Below, piece after piece: positions 55,288 to 64,000 of a stretch of DNA of 64,000 bases. How positions within the stretch are numbered: position 1 is the first letter of the stretch; the number at the start of each line of letters is the position of its first letter. The notes beneath the pieces were generated by a model that was given only the letters and a program-made list of their open reading frames with translations, did not search any database and had not been told where the DNA came from. The stretch lies in the IMG/VR virus record IMGVR_UViG_3300043410_001471, positions 1 to 64,000 of that record; one strand, 5' to 3'. A program made the position numbers and the translations under genes. The stretch is from a virus.

Positions 55288-56160
55288 ATGAATATAGGAT
55301 ATGCATGTATTAATATGACGATGGGTAAGAAAGTTACCACAAATCGTTCAATGGTGAAGAAAACATTCAATGCCAAAGGCTTGGATTATGTTTCGGAGTT
55401 GGCATTAGCAAATGCTAAAGATATTATCAAAATTTTAGAATGGAATAGACAACATAAGATTCATTTCTTTCGTCTATCCTCTGCTATTATCCCTTGGGGT
55501 GATAATATTGATTTAACTCAACTTAAAGATTACAAAGAAATCAAAAGTGAGTTAAAGAAAGCAGGCGATTTCGCTAAATTCCATAACATTCGTATAACTT
55601 CACACCCCGGTCCATTTAATGTGTTAGTTTCTCCAAATGAGAAGGTAGTTCAAGCTACAATCGCAGACTTGGAATTGCATGGTAAAATCTTTGATATGAT
55701 GGGATTAGATAAATCCCCTTATAATAAGATTAACATCCATTGTAATGGTGTTTACGGAGATAAAATCTCCGCTATGGATAGATTTATCACAAACTTCCAA
55801 AGACTCTCTAAATCGGTTCAAAAACGATTAACAATTGAGAATGATGATAAAGCATCTATGTACTCCGTTAAGGATTTGATGTACATTCACAACGCAATCA
55901 AAATTCCTATTGTGTTTGATTATCATCACCACAAATTTTGTACAGGCGATTTATCGGAAGAAGAAGCATTGAAATTAGCAACATCTACTTGGCCTAAAGA
56001 TATTGTACCAGTTGTACATTATTCCGAATCCAAAGAAGGAAATAAACCACAAGCTCATTCCGATTATATCAAATCATTGCCTGAAACATATGGTAGTAAT
56101 GTGGATATTATGGTTGAAGCAAAAGCAAAAGAATTAGCAATATTAGAATTTATTAAATAA
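55288..56160 (+). CDS. uvsE: UV-damage endonuclease (UvdE/UvsE family)
   Basis: FRLSSAIIPW, TSHPGPF, INIHCNGVYG, IENDDK, IPIVFDYHHH, AHSDYI, VDIMVEAKAKE; these align colinearly with a recalled B. subtilis UvsE sequence. Confidence 0.85.
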   Translation: MNIGYACINMTMGKKVTTNRSMVKKTFNAKGLDYVSELALANAKDIIKILEWNRQHKIHFFRLSSAIIPWGDNIDLTQLKDYKEIKSELKKAGDFAKFHNIRITSHPGPFNVLVSPNEKVVQATIADLELHGKIFDMMGLDKSPYNKINIHCNGVYGDKISAMDRFITNFQRLSKSVQKRLTIENDDKASMYSVKDLMYIHNAIKIPIVFDYHHHKFCTGDLSEEEALKLATSTWPKDIVPVVHYSESKEGNKPQAHSDYIKSLPETYGSNVDIMVEAKAKELAILEFIK

Positions 56161-56166
56161 AAAAAA

Positions 56167-56802
56167 ATGAAATTAATCGTAGACAAAGGAAGTAATGGAT
56201 TGACATCAAAAGAATTCATTGAGTATTTAAAAACTCCAGTTCCAAAAAGTGATATTACTCAAAATGAAGCAGATGAATTAAGAAACCAATTATCAAATGC
56301 TTTAACAGAACACCCAGGTTTAGGTATTTCCGCAACTCAAATAGGAATTAAGAAAAGAGCATGTTTAATCCAATTCGGAGATGAGGAACTATTTTTAGTA
56401 AACCCCATTATTAAAGAAAAATCCAAAGAAGGTTTTCTTTTTTATGAAGGATGCTTATCTATTCCATCCACTTTAACAAAACCAATCAGAACTATTAGAG
56501 CTTGTAAAGTTATTATAGATACTGATAATTTAGGTGAAATGACATTTGAAATTAACCCAGAAGGAGATAGAGCAAATGAACAGATTTCAAAAGAAACAAT
56601 GATGACTGTTATTGTTCAGCATGAAATTGACCATTTGGATGGATTTACAATTAAAGATAGAGTATATTCTACCACTGTTACGAAAAAGCAAGATTATGGT
56701 AGAAACGATAAGATTGTAATGAAATCACCATCAGGTGAAATGGAAGAAGTTAAATTCAAACATGCTAATAAATATTTTTTACAAGGATACGAAATAGTAT
56801 AA
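56167..56802 (+). CDS. def: peptide deformylase
   Basis: All three PDF motifs: GLGISATQIG, EGCLSIP, QHEIDHLDG. Confidence 0.85.
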   Translation: MKLIVDKGSNGLTSKEFIEYLKTPVPKSDITQNEADELRNQLSNALTEHPGLGISATQIGIKKRACLIQFGDEELFLVNPIIKEKSKEGFLFYEGCLSIPSTLTKPIRTIRACKVIIDTDNLGEMTFEINPEGDRANEQISKETMMTVIVQHEIDHLDGFTIKDRVYSTTVTKKQDYGRNDKIVMKSPSGEMEEVKFKHANKYFLQGYEIV

Positions 56803-56803
56803 T

Positions 56804-57046
56804 ATGGAAATAACATTAATAATTTTAATCCTATGTTTGGTAGGTACTGTATATGGGATTTACAATCTTCTTACTAAATTAGAAAAGTATGAGGATTTTT
56901 TAGAAGAAGAATTAAAAAGAAACCAAGCATTACTGGAGGCATTACGAGAAATAGATTCTCGTGAAATGTTTGAGAAGGATGATGAAGTAGGTTCTATATT
57001 TTATCAAATAAAAGAAACTATCGAAAGATTCAAAAACTTTAAATAA
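56804..57046 (+). CDS. membrane-anchored small protein
   Basis: 80-aa ORF with an N-terminal TM segment. Confidence 0.45.
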   Translation: MEITLIILILCLVGTVYGIYNLLTKLEKYEDFLEEELKRNQALLEALREIDSREMFEKDDEVGSIFYQIKETIERFKNFK

Positions 57047-57735
57047 TGCCAAGAAAACCAAGAAATAAACAATATTTTACAAAAGATACAGAAGATGCTA
57101 TCATCGAATATAATTCAACCGATGACCAGCGTATTAAAGATAGAGTTTATAAAGATAGAATTAAACCTGCATTTGACAAATTAGCAGAAATTGTATATAA
57201 CAAATGGAAATTTACATATTTTGATGATGACCCACAAGATGTAATGAGTGAAGTTGTTACATTTATGATTGAAAAGATTCATATGTACAAGGCAGGTAAA
57301 GGTAAAGCATTCTCTTACTTTACTATTGTTGCAAGAAACTATCTTATTCTTACAAATAACGCAAATTACAAAAGATATAAGGATACTGATATCATGTCAG
57401 CATTGCCTGATTCGTTTGATACCGAAAACAATTGGAAAGAAGAAGATACAAATGATGAATATCGTACTTTCAACAAAAGAATGTTAGCATATTGGGATGA
57501 ACATTTAGAAAATTATTTCCCAAAGAAACGAGATATGCAAATAGCAGATGCCGTTTTAGAGTTATTTAGAAGAGCAGAATACATAGAAAATTTCAATAAA
57601 AAGAGTTTATATCTACTTATTAGAGAAATGACCGGACACCCAACTCATTATATAACAAAGGTTGTTACTAAAATGAGAGAAAAACAAATGGAACTTTATA
57701 ACCAGTTTATGGATGAAGGTGATATAAAAATTTAA
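57046..57735 (+). CDS. putative phage sigma factor (sigma-70 region-2-like; gp55-like late sigma candidate)
   Basis: DDDPQDVMSEVVTFMIEKIHMYKAGKGKAFSYFTIVARNYLI resembles the region 2.1-2.4 pattern (...eDlvQe...k...fd...f.aWly.IarN). Confidence 0.4.
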   Translation: MPRKPRNKQYFTKDTEDAIIEYNSTDDQRIKDRVYKDRIKPAFDKLAEIVYNKWKFTYFDDDPQDVMSEVVTFMIEKIHMYKAGKGKAFSYFTIVARNYLILTNNANYKRYKDTDIMSALPDSFDTENNWKEEDTNDEYRTFNKRMLAYWDEHLENYFPKKRDMQIADAVLELFRRAEYIENFNKKSLYLLIREMTGHPTHYITKVVTKMREKQMELYNQFMDEGDIKI

Positions 57736-57738
57736 ACT

Positions 57739-59433
57739 ATGATTAAATTAGGTTTATCCGCATTTTACCACGATTCAGCAGCAGCTTTATTAATAGATGG
57801 TAAGGTAATATTCGCAATAGAAGAAGAGAAGTTGTCAGGCATAAAGCATGACAACTCTTTTCCGTTTAAGGCAATTCAAAAATGTTTAGAATATGCACAT
57901 ATTACAATAGATGAAGTTGATGTTGTGTGTTGGTATGAAGATTCGGATATAAAATACGACAGAGTTGAAAAAACTTTAGGTAAACGATGGATATCCAAAT
58001 GGAGAACTTGGAATAAGTTTAAAAAGGATTGGAGAACTGGTGAAGGAGCATTGGGGGCAATATTGGAAAGTATTGGATACAATGGTTCATTGGTATTCGT
58101 TAAACATCATCTATCTCACTTAGCTTTATCATTTTATACATCTCCATTCGATGATGCAATTGGATTATCGATTGATGGGGTAGGTGAATGGGATACTATT
58201 TCAATGGTGAATTGTGATTTAAATGGAATTTCGGAAATTAAATCAGTTAAATTCCCTAACTCATTGGGATTGGTATATTCTACGATAACTTCATACTTAG
58301 GATTCAAACCAAATAGTGGTGAGTATAAAGTTATGGGGTTAGCACCTTATGGTAATCCTGACAAATATTATGATATATTCAATAAATTTACATCATTTGG
58401 TGGAGATAATTTAATTAATATAAATCAAAAGTATTTTACTTGGGAATATTCTAATAATGATATGTTTACTATGGATTTGGTAGATTTAATCGGATTTGAA
58501 CCAAGAATGCCAGAATCGGAATTAGAATTACATCATATGGAATTGGCAGCCGCTTTACAAAAGTGGTATGAGGGTTGTTTATATTATCTAATTAATCATG
58601 CAGCTAGTTATTCTAAAAGTTCTAATTTAGTATTAGGGGGTGGTTCTGCTTATAATGGAACTGCTAATGGTAAAATAAAGCAACATTGCGGTGTTAAGAA
58701 TGTTTGGATTCCATACGCACCATCCGATGCTGGTTCTGCTATTGGAGCTTGTTTATACTTTTGGCACGATATGATGAATCATCCAAAAGTTAAAGGTGGG
58801 GATAATCAATCACCCTATTTAGGAGAAGAATTTGGTATCGGTGAACTATATGAAGCAATTGTTGATTCAAAGAAAATCGAAGTTGAATCATATCCAAATT
58901 CTAGTGATTTAGTAGAAAAAGTGGCTAATTTGATTAATGATGGTAATATAATTGGGTGGTTTCAAGGTAGAACAGAATTCGGAGCAAGAGCATTGGGTAA
59001 TCGTTCAATACTTGCTAACCCACATTTACCAGATGTTAGAGATAGAATTAATAAGGTTGTAAAAAAGAGAGAAATGTTTAGACCATTTGCTCCATCAGTA
59101 ACTCATAGAGAATATAAAAAATATTTTACTTCAGAGGAAGATGTACCTTATATGAATCAAGTAGTTAAAGTTACAAATTACAAAAAGATTCCATCTGTAA
59201 CCCATGTTGATAATTCAGCAAGAATACAAACTGTTAAAAAAGAACAAAATCCTTTATATTACAAATTACTCAAACAATTTAAAAAAGTAAGTGGAACTCC
59301 AATACTTTTAAATACTTCATTTAATTTAAGAGGTCAAACAATGGTAAACGACCCTAAAACGGCAATTCAAACATTTTTAAATTGCGATATGGATTATTTA
59401 GTTATGGGGCATTTTATAATAAGTAAGAAATAA
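57739..59433 (+). CDS. NodU/CmcH-family carbamoyltransferase
   Basis: MIKLGLSAFYHDSAAALLIDGKVIFAIEEEKLSGIKHD N-terminal signature; 564-aa length is typical. Confidence 0.8.
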   Translation: MIKLGLSAFYHDSAAALLIDGKVIFAIEEEKLSGIKHDNSFPFKAIQKCLEYAHITIDEVDVVCWYEDSDIKYDRVEKTLGKRWISKWRTWNKFKKDWRTGEGALGAILESIGYNGSLVFVKHHLSHLALSFYTSPFDDAIGLSIDGVGEWDTISMVNCDLNGISEIKSVKFPNSLGLVYSTITSYLGFKPNSGEYKVMGLAPYGNPDKYYDIFNKFTSFGGDNLININQKYFTWEYSNNDMFTMDLVDLIGFEPRMPESELELHHMELAAALQKWYEGCLYYLINHAASYSKSSNLVLGGGSAYNGTANGKIKQHCGVKNVWIPYAPSDAGSAIGACLYFWHDMMNHPKVKGGDNQSPYLGEEFGIGELYEAIVDSKKIEVESYPNSSDLVEKVANLINDGNIIGWFQGRTEFGARALGNRSILANPHLPDVRDRINKVVKKREMFRPFAPSVTHREYKKYFTSEEDVPYMNQVVKVTNYKKIPSVTHVDNSARIQTVKKEQNPLYYKLLKQFKKVSGTPILLNTSFNLRGQTMVNDPKTAIQTFLNCDMDYLVMGHFIISKK

Positions 59434-59436
59434 GTT

Positions 59437-60213
59437 ATGAAATTACATGCATTTGGTGATAGTTGGACCGAAGGTGAAGGTGCCAATTGGTTAGAAGAAG
59501 AACACATAAAGGATAGATTACAATTACAATTATTTAGAAATGAACATAGTTGGGTAAATCATCTTTCTTTGAAATTAGGATTAGAACCATCGAATAATGG
59601 TTGGAGTGGAAAGGCTAATAATGTTATATTCAACGATGTTATAAATGATTTAAGAAATGGCAAAATTCATAAAGAAGATTTTGTTGTAATAATGTGGAGT
59701 TCTTCTTTGAGGGATTATGTTCCATTTTTACCAAAAGGAGAATGGATTAGTTGGGGACAAAATGAACTTGCTAAATTACCACAAAAGTTTTTTAATTCAT
59801 ACACATATGGTGATGATAAGTTCAATTCCTTTTTATCAGAATATAAGCAATTTTTTATAGGAAATATGTTTAATCAAAATTATTATAATATAATAAATCA
59901 AAATTATATCATATTTCTTCAAAAAATGTTAGAATCATATGATATAAAATATATTATGTGCGATGCATTTGATTTAATGGTACAAAGTTTAAATAGACAG
60001 GATGATGTAACGCATTTAATAAATAAAAAAGCTTATTGGGGATTTTCTAAAATATCAATAGAACAATGGATGATGAAAAATTATGCAGGACAATTGATAT
60101 GGGAACAAAAAACTCCTAATCCAATGAAAATAGCACAACATCCAAATAAAGAGGGTTACAAACTAATAAGTGAAGAACTTTATAATTATATAGTAGGAAA
60201 CAAAATAATATAA
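59437..60213 (+). CDS. SGNH/GDSL hydrolase
   Basis: N-terminal HAFGDSWTEG (GDSx block I). Confidence 0.55.
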   Translation: MKLHAFGDSWTEGEGANWLEEEHIKDRLQLQLFRNEHSWVNHLSLKLGLEPSNNGWSGKANNVIFNDVINDLRNGKIHKEDFVVIMWSSSLRDYVPFLPKGEWISWGQNELAKLPQKFFNSYTYGDDKFNSFLSEYKQFFIGNMFNQNYYNIINQNYIIFLQKMLESYDIKYIMCDAFDLMVQSLNRQDDVTHLINKKAYWGFSKISIEQWMMKNYAGQLIWEQKTPNPMKIAQHPNKEGYKLISEELYNYIVGNKII

Positions 60214-60617
60214 TGGCAACAGAATTTCAATTGTTTGATGGGAAAAACCTATCATCGTTATTTAAAGATATTTACGATAATCAACAAACTAAAAAGAAGA
60301 ATATATCAGAAATGATAGAATCTCTTCGTAAATTAATTCGTAATGTTGGAGAAGCAACTGTACTTGCTCCAATTATAAAAGACCTTATAGATGCATCAAT
60401 TAAAAATGATGACCATCTAATTAAACTTGCAACAATTGCACAAAGATTAGCAGCTGCAGAAGCTAAAGGTATTGGTGAAGATGGTTGGTTGAGTGAAGCT
60501 GAAAAAGAGCAACTACTTCAAGATATGGAAGAAACTATTAATGAAGTTGAAAAGAAAGCAGATGAAAAAATGGTTGATATTCAAATAGAAATTGAAGAAA
60601 TTAAAACTAAATTATAA
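60213..60617 (+). CDS. coiled-coil protein
   Basis: 134-aa ORF. Confidence 0.5.
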   Translation: MATEFQLFDGKNLSSLFKDIYDNQQTKKKNISEMIESLRKLIRNVGEATVLAPIIKDLIDASIKNDDHLIKLATIAQRLAAAEAKGIGEDGWLSEAEKEQLLQDMEETINEVEKKADEKMVDIQIEIEEIKTKL

Positions 60618-61840
60618 TGGAGGCATTTTTAGCAGCTGTTACTAAAGTATATTTAAAATCCGATAAACCATTGGATAAAAAAAAGGATTATATAAGAAAA
60701 TATAATCAAAATGATTCATTCGATGATAATGATATCCGATTTTTGGGTGCTATTGAATTCGCAAGAGAATCATCTATTGCCTTAGAAGCATATGCATTTC
60801 CATTTGATAAGAATAATATGACTTATCCAATTGTGGGTGAGACTGTGATGGTTATAGTTATTGGTAATGATTATTTTTGGCTACCTTATTCAAATAATCA
60901 CTATCCAAATTATAGAGAAGATTATAAAACTTCCGAAATAAATAAAGAAAAGCCAATTGAAGAAGCAACATCTTCAAATAAGAGTAAGAATTATAATGAA
61001 GCTAAACAAACAGGAATACCAAATCAAAAACCAGTACAAAAGAAATCGGATGAAAAGAAGTATGATATCAAAGAAAAAATAAAATTCTTAAAGCCAAATG
61101 AAGGTGATACGATTTTGAGTGGTAGAGTTGGAAACACAATTCGTTTTAGTGAATTTCATTTAACGGAAGATAGTAAAACATCATCGCCTTCTATATTCAT
61201 TAGAAACAAACAAAATCCCGAATTGGATGATAAAAAAATTGGGGAATTAATAGATGAAGATATCAACAAAGATGGTACATCGATTTATATTACATCAAAT
61301 AAGGTAAAAGTACCATTTAAAGAAACTATTAAAAAACAAAAAGTAGGATTTAAAGAATATCCAGCATCCGATAAACTAAAAGGTGACCAATTATTTGTAA
61401 ATTCTGATAGAATATTATTATCTGCAAAGGCAAGTGAATTTATAATTTTTGGTAAAGGAAATACTGGCATTATAACAGATGGAACATTTTCGGTAGATTC
61501 TGCTAAAGATATTTACTTACATACTGATAAAAATATAACTTTACATAGTAAAGGAAGTAATAAAATATTCTTTAATTCGGAAAATGGTAAAATATTTTTA
61601 GGAAAAGATAAAGGTGTAGGTGGTGCCGGTGCAGATGTTCAAAAAATGGTATTAGGTGGCGAATTAGTTAAATTGATGGGAGATTTGATAGATGCGATTG
61701 GTAATACATTTTACTTATCTCCATCGGGTCCAACAAACGCATCAGTTCCAAATGGACCATTGAATATGGCTGAATTTAAGGCTATAAAATCTCAATTAAA
61801 TACTTTATTATCCGCAAACAATTATTTAAGTAAAACATAA
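60617..61840 (+). CDS. putative baseplate hub/spike-like protein
   Basis: Lies upstream of the gp25 and J genes; C-terminal VLGGELVKLMGDLIDAIGNTFYLSPSGP resembles gp5/gpV-type spike tails. Confidence 0.3.
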   Translation: MEAFLAAVTKVYLKSDKPLDKKKDYIRKYNQNDSFDDNDIRFLGAIEFARESSIALEAYAFPFDKNNMTYPIVGETVMVIVIGNDYFWLPYSNNHYPNYREDYKTSEINKEKPIEEATSSNKSKNYNEAKQTGIPNQKPVQKKSDEKKYDIKEKIKFLKPNEGDTILSGRVGNTIRFSEFHLTEDSKTSSPSIFIRNKQNPELDDKKIGELIDEDINKDGTSIYITSNKVKVPFKETIKKQKVGFKEYPASDKLKGDQLFVNSDRILLSAKASEFIIFGKGNTGIITDGTFSVDSAKDIYLHTDKNITLHSKGSNKIFFNSENGKIFLGKDKGVGGAGADVQKMVLGGELVKLMGDLIDAIGNTFYLSPSGPTNASVPNGPLNMAEFKAIKSQLNTLLSANNYLSKT

Positions 61841-62700
61841 TGGCGTTTGATTTAAATAAATTAATAAAACCATCTTCAAGTAGTTGGACTGATTTTTATT
61901 ACAATATGACAGCTGGTAGTTTAATACCAACTATGAGTAATGTAAAGCAATCTGTATTACAAGATGAGATGGAGAAATCATTTGAAGCCGCTGGTGTTTC
62001 GGGTGATATTGCTAAATTTGGATTTTCTCAAATTAGCAATTTTCAATATGCGGATAGAATTACAACGGAATACGATAAAGCAATACAAGGTGGTAAAACT
62101 ATATTAGGTGGTGTACCCATTAAGATAGGAAATACTGCGGCGATGAGAGCTGTTTTATTTACCATAATGTTAAAAACATCTCAAGACCCAAAAGGCGATT
62201 TATTGAGAGATATTGGACCAGCTATACAAGCGTATTGGGTTGGCGCCCAAACCGATAAAATGGCTGTTCCAAATATTCCATGCGTTGGTGCATTGAAAAA
62301 CATAAATACAATATTTGGCGTAAACTTATCACCTGGTGTATGGACTCCATTGCCAGTACCCGCAGTTGGTAGTGTTGACCCATTTTTGTTAAGTTTTATA
62401 GCTTCAGCATCATTACACTTACTAACAGTTGGTGGAATCATAACATGCAACTGTCAATACCCACCACCAGCACCACCTGCTCCAGGAATATTACCATGGG
62501 GTGGTTATTTTGTTAAACCATTCACAGGTACACAAAATTCTATGAAACCGGCATTAAATGATTTAAAAACATTGGGTAAAGCAGCTGCATTGAATATTGG
62601 TAAACCATTATTGGGAGATGCATTAACTGCCATATTTAATGAAGATAGCAATGCATTGGAAAATATAACAAAAGAATTAAAAAACAACAATAAAGGATAA
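61840..62700 (+). CDS. putative baseplate or virion protein (Pro-rich PPPAPPAPG segment)
   Basis: 286-aa ORF in the baseplate block. Confidence 0.4.
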   Translation: MAFDLNKLIKPSSSSWTDFYYNMTAGSLIPTMSNVKQSVLQDEMEKSFEAAGVSGDIAKFGFSQISNFQYADRITTEYDKAIQGGKTILGGVPIKIGNTAAMRAVLFTIMLKTSQDPKGDLLRDIGPAIQAYWVGAQTDKMAVPNIPCVGALKNINTIFGVNLSPGVWTPLPVPAVGSVDPFLLSFIASASLHLLTVGGIITCNCQYPPPAPPAPGILPWGGYFVKPFTGTQNSMKPALNDLKTLGKAAALNIGKPLLGDALTAIFNEDSNALENITKELKNNNKG

Positions 62701-62743
62701 TTATTAAATTAAATATTTATTACTAAACATATATACAATTACT

Positions 62744-63244
62744 ATGGATTCAAAATTATTAGTCGGATTAATTAAGGAAGTTGTTAAAAATGAAGTTAAA
62801 CAACAAGTTAAAGAAGAATTAGCAAAGCTAATCAAATCCGGTGCGGTTACATTAAACTCACAAAGAAAACCATCTACTCCATCATTGAGAGAGATGACAG
62901 AAGTTGCTCCTACGCCTGTTAGAAAGCAACAACCGGTTCAACAACAAAGACCTCAAATTCAAAAGGAATTTTCAAAAGACCCTATGATTAATGAGATTCT
63001 TAATATGACTCAACCATTCACAGCAGAACAAAGAAAAGAAGGTGCAAGTGCGGTTAGTAGTGTATTAGATATGATTAAGCCTGAATTAAGAGTTGATGAA
63101 AGTGAATGGGAAACTATGGATTTTAGAGATGTAAATGTACCTGCTGGAACACCTCAATTCGAATCAACAGGTGATGGATTACAAGATGCTACTATAAAAG
63201 CATTGACAAGAGATTATTCAGAATTAGTAAAGAGATTTAAATAA
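62744..63244 (+). CDS. hypothetical virion-module protein
   Basis: 166-aa ORF. Confidence 0.45.
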   Translation: MDSKLLVGLIKEVVKNEVKQQVKEELAKLIKSGAVTLNSQRKPSTPSLREMTEVAPTPVRKQQPVQQQRPQIQKEFSKDPMINEILNMTQPFTAEQRKEGASAVSSVLDMIKPELRVDESEWETMDFRDVNVPAGTPQFESTGDGLQDATIKALTRDYSELVKRFK

Positions 63245-63681
63245 TGGCAATAGAGCTTGGTAAAGTTAATGTAACTGATTTAGCTGCAAATGATTATAAA
63301 GTATTGGGAATTGGTGTTAATACTACATCCGATTCTAATGGTGTATTTGCTGTAAATTTCACTACAATTTCTCAAGCTAAAAGTAATTTAAAAAATTTAA
63401 TATTAACTCATAAGGGAGAACGAGTAATGCAGCCTGATTTTGGTTGTGATATTTGGTTGATTTTATTTGAACCAATTATTGAGGGAACAATTGAAACGAA
63501 TATAGAAAGAACTATTTTGGAAGCAGTTGATAGATGGTTGCCATATTTGAATATAGATGAAATAATATTTGATTATGATGATAATGATATTGATACTAAT
63601 AAAATTATGTTAGATATAAAGTTCTCATTAAAATCAAATAAAAATATAAGAGATTCAGTACAAATAAATGTAAATAATTAA
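63244..63681 (+). CDS. baseplate wedge protein (T4 gp25 / P2 gpW family)
   Basis: HKGERVMQPDFGCDIWLILFEPI...ILEAVDRWLPYL matches the GPW/gp25 signature (GER..P.FG..l..llFe). Confidence 0.6.
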   Translation: MAIELGKVNVTDLAANDYKVLGIGVNTTSDSNGVFAVNFTTISQAKSNLKNLILTHKGERVMQPDFGCDIWLILFEPIIEGTIETNIERTILEAVDRWLPYLNIDEIIFDYDDNDIDTNKIMLDIKFSLKSNKNIRDSVQINVNN

Positions 63682-63683
63682 TA

Positions 63684-64000
63684 ATGGCAATAAAATCATT
63701 AGATAAAAGTTTTGGTAGTGGTAAGAATATAAATTATGTTGGTAAAGATTTTACAACATTTAAAGAAAATCTTATAGAGTATGCCAAAACTTATTTTCCA
63801 AACACATATTCGGATTTCAATGAATCATCACCTGGTATGGTTTTCATTGAACAAGCAGCTGCAATAGGTGATATACTCGCGTTTTATCAAGATACGCAAT
63901 TAAAAGAATCTATGATATCACATGCAACTGAACGAAAAAATGTAGTTGCATTAGCTCAATCAATGGGGTATAAACCAAAAGTAACATCTCCTGCTGTTAC
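63684..64000 (+). CDS. baseplate J-like protein (gp6/gpJ family), 5' partial at the window end
   Basis: N-terminus ...FTTFKENLIEYAKTYFPNTYSDFNESSPGMVFIEQAAAIGDILAFYQD matches the Baseplate_J N-terminal pattern; not in the ORF track because no stop lies within the window. Confidence 0.55.
   Translation, partial: MAIKSLDKSFGSGKNINYVGKDFTTFKENLIEYAKTYFPNTYSDFNESSPGMVFIEQAAAIGDILAFYQDTQLKESMISHATERKNVVALAQSMGYKPKVTSPAV

Noticed and set aside
1-64000. CRISPR array, integrase, transposase or other mobile element
   Set aside because: No regularly spaced direct repeats and no recombinase motifs were seen in any frame. The repeated sequences present are promoter or operator cassettes.

Overview
This 64-kb window looks like part of a large AT-rich tailed dsDNA bacteriophage. 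Essentially all credible genes are on the + strand, with about 110 tightly packed and often overlapping (ATGA/TAATG) ORFs. Baseplate genes (gp25-like, baseplate J-like, candidate hub) sit at the 3' end, which suggests a myovirus-like virion. Recurrent promoters match the Bacteroidota sigmaA consensus (-33 TTTG, about 20 bp, -7 TAnnTTTG), so the host is probably a member of Bacteroidota (inference). Contents, in order: tRNA-Gln and tRNA-Ser plus three odd tRNA-like elements; an RNA-repair toolkit (two metallophosphoesterases, a P-loop kinase, an Rnl2-like RNA ligase, a HAD hydrolase); a CobS/CobT-like AAA+/vWA pair and an SPFH protein; auxiliary enzymes (UV-damage endonuclease, peptide deformylase, HD hydrolase, Hsp20-like, SAM methyltransferase); an unusual modification block (2OG-Fe(II) oxygenase, two chlorovirus-vSET-like SET proteins, putative glycosyltransferase paralogs, NodU/CmcH carbamoyltransferase, SGNH esterase); a protein ending in two tandem Hint (intein-like) domains with no C-extein; a sigma-70-region-2-like factor; and baseplate genes. 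The regulatory architecture is highly repetitive: palindromic operators (CATTGATnATCAATG) followed by a conserved promoter cassette, several leaderless genes, and GNRA-tetraloop terminators. No CRISPR array, integrase or transposase was recognised. All homology calls rest on motif recognition by eye, without database searches.
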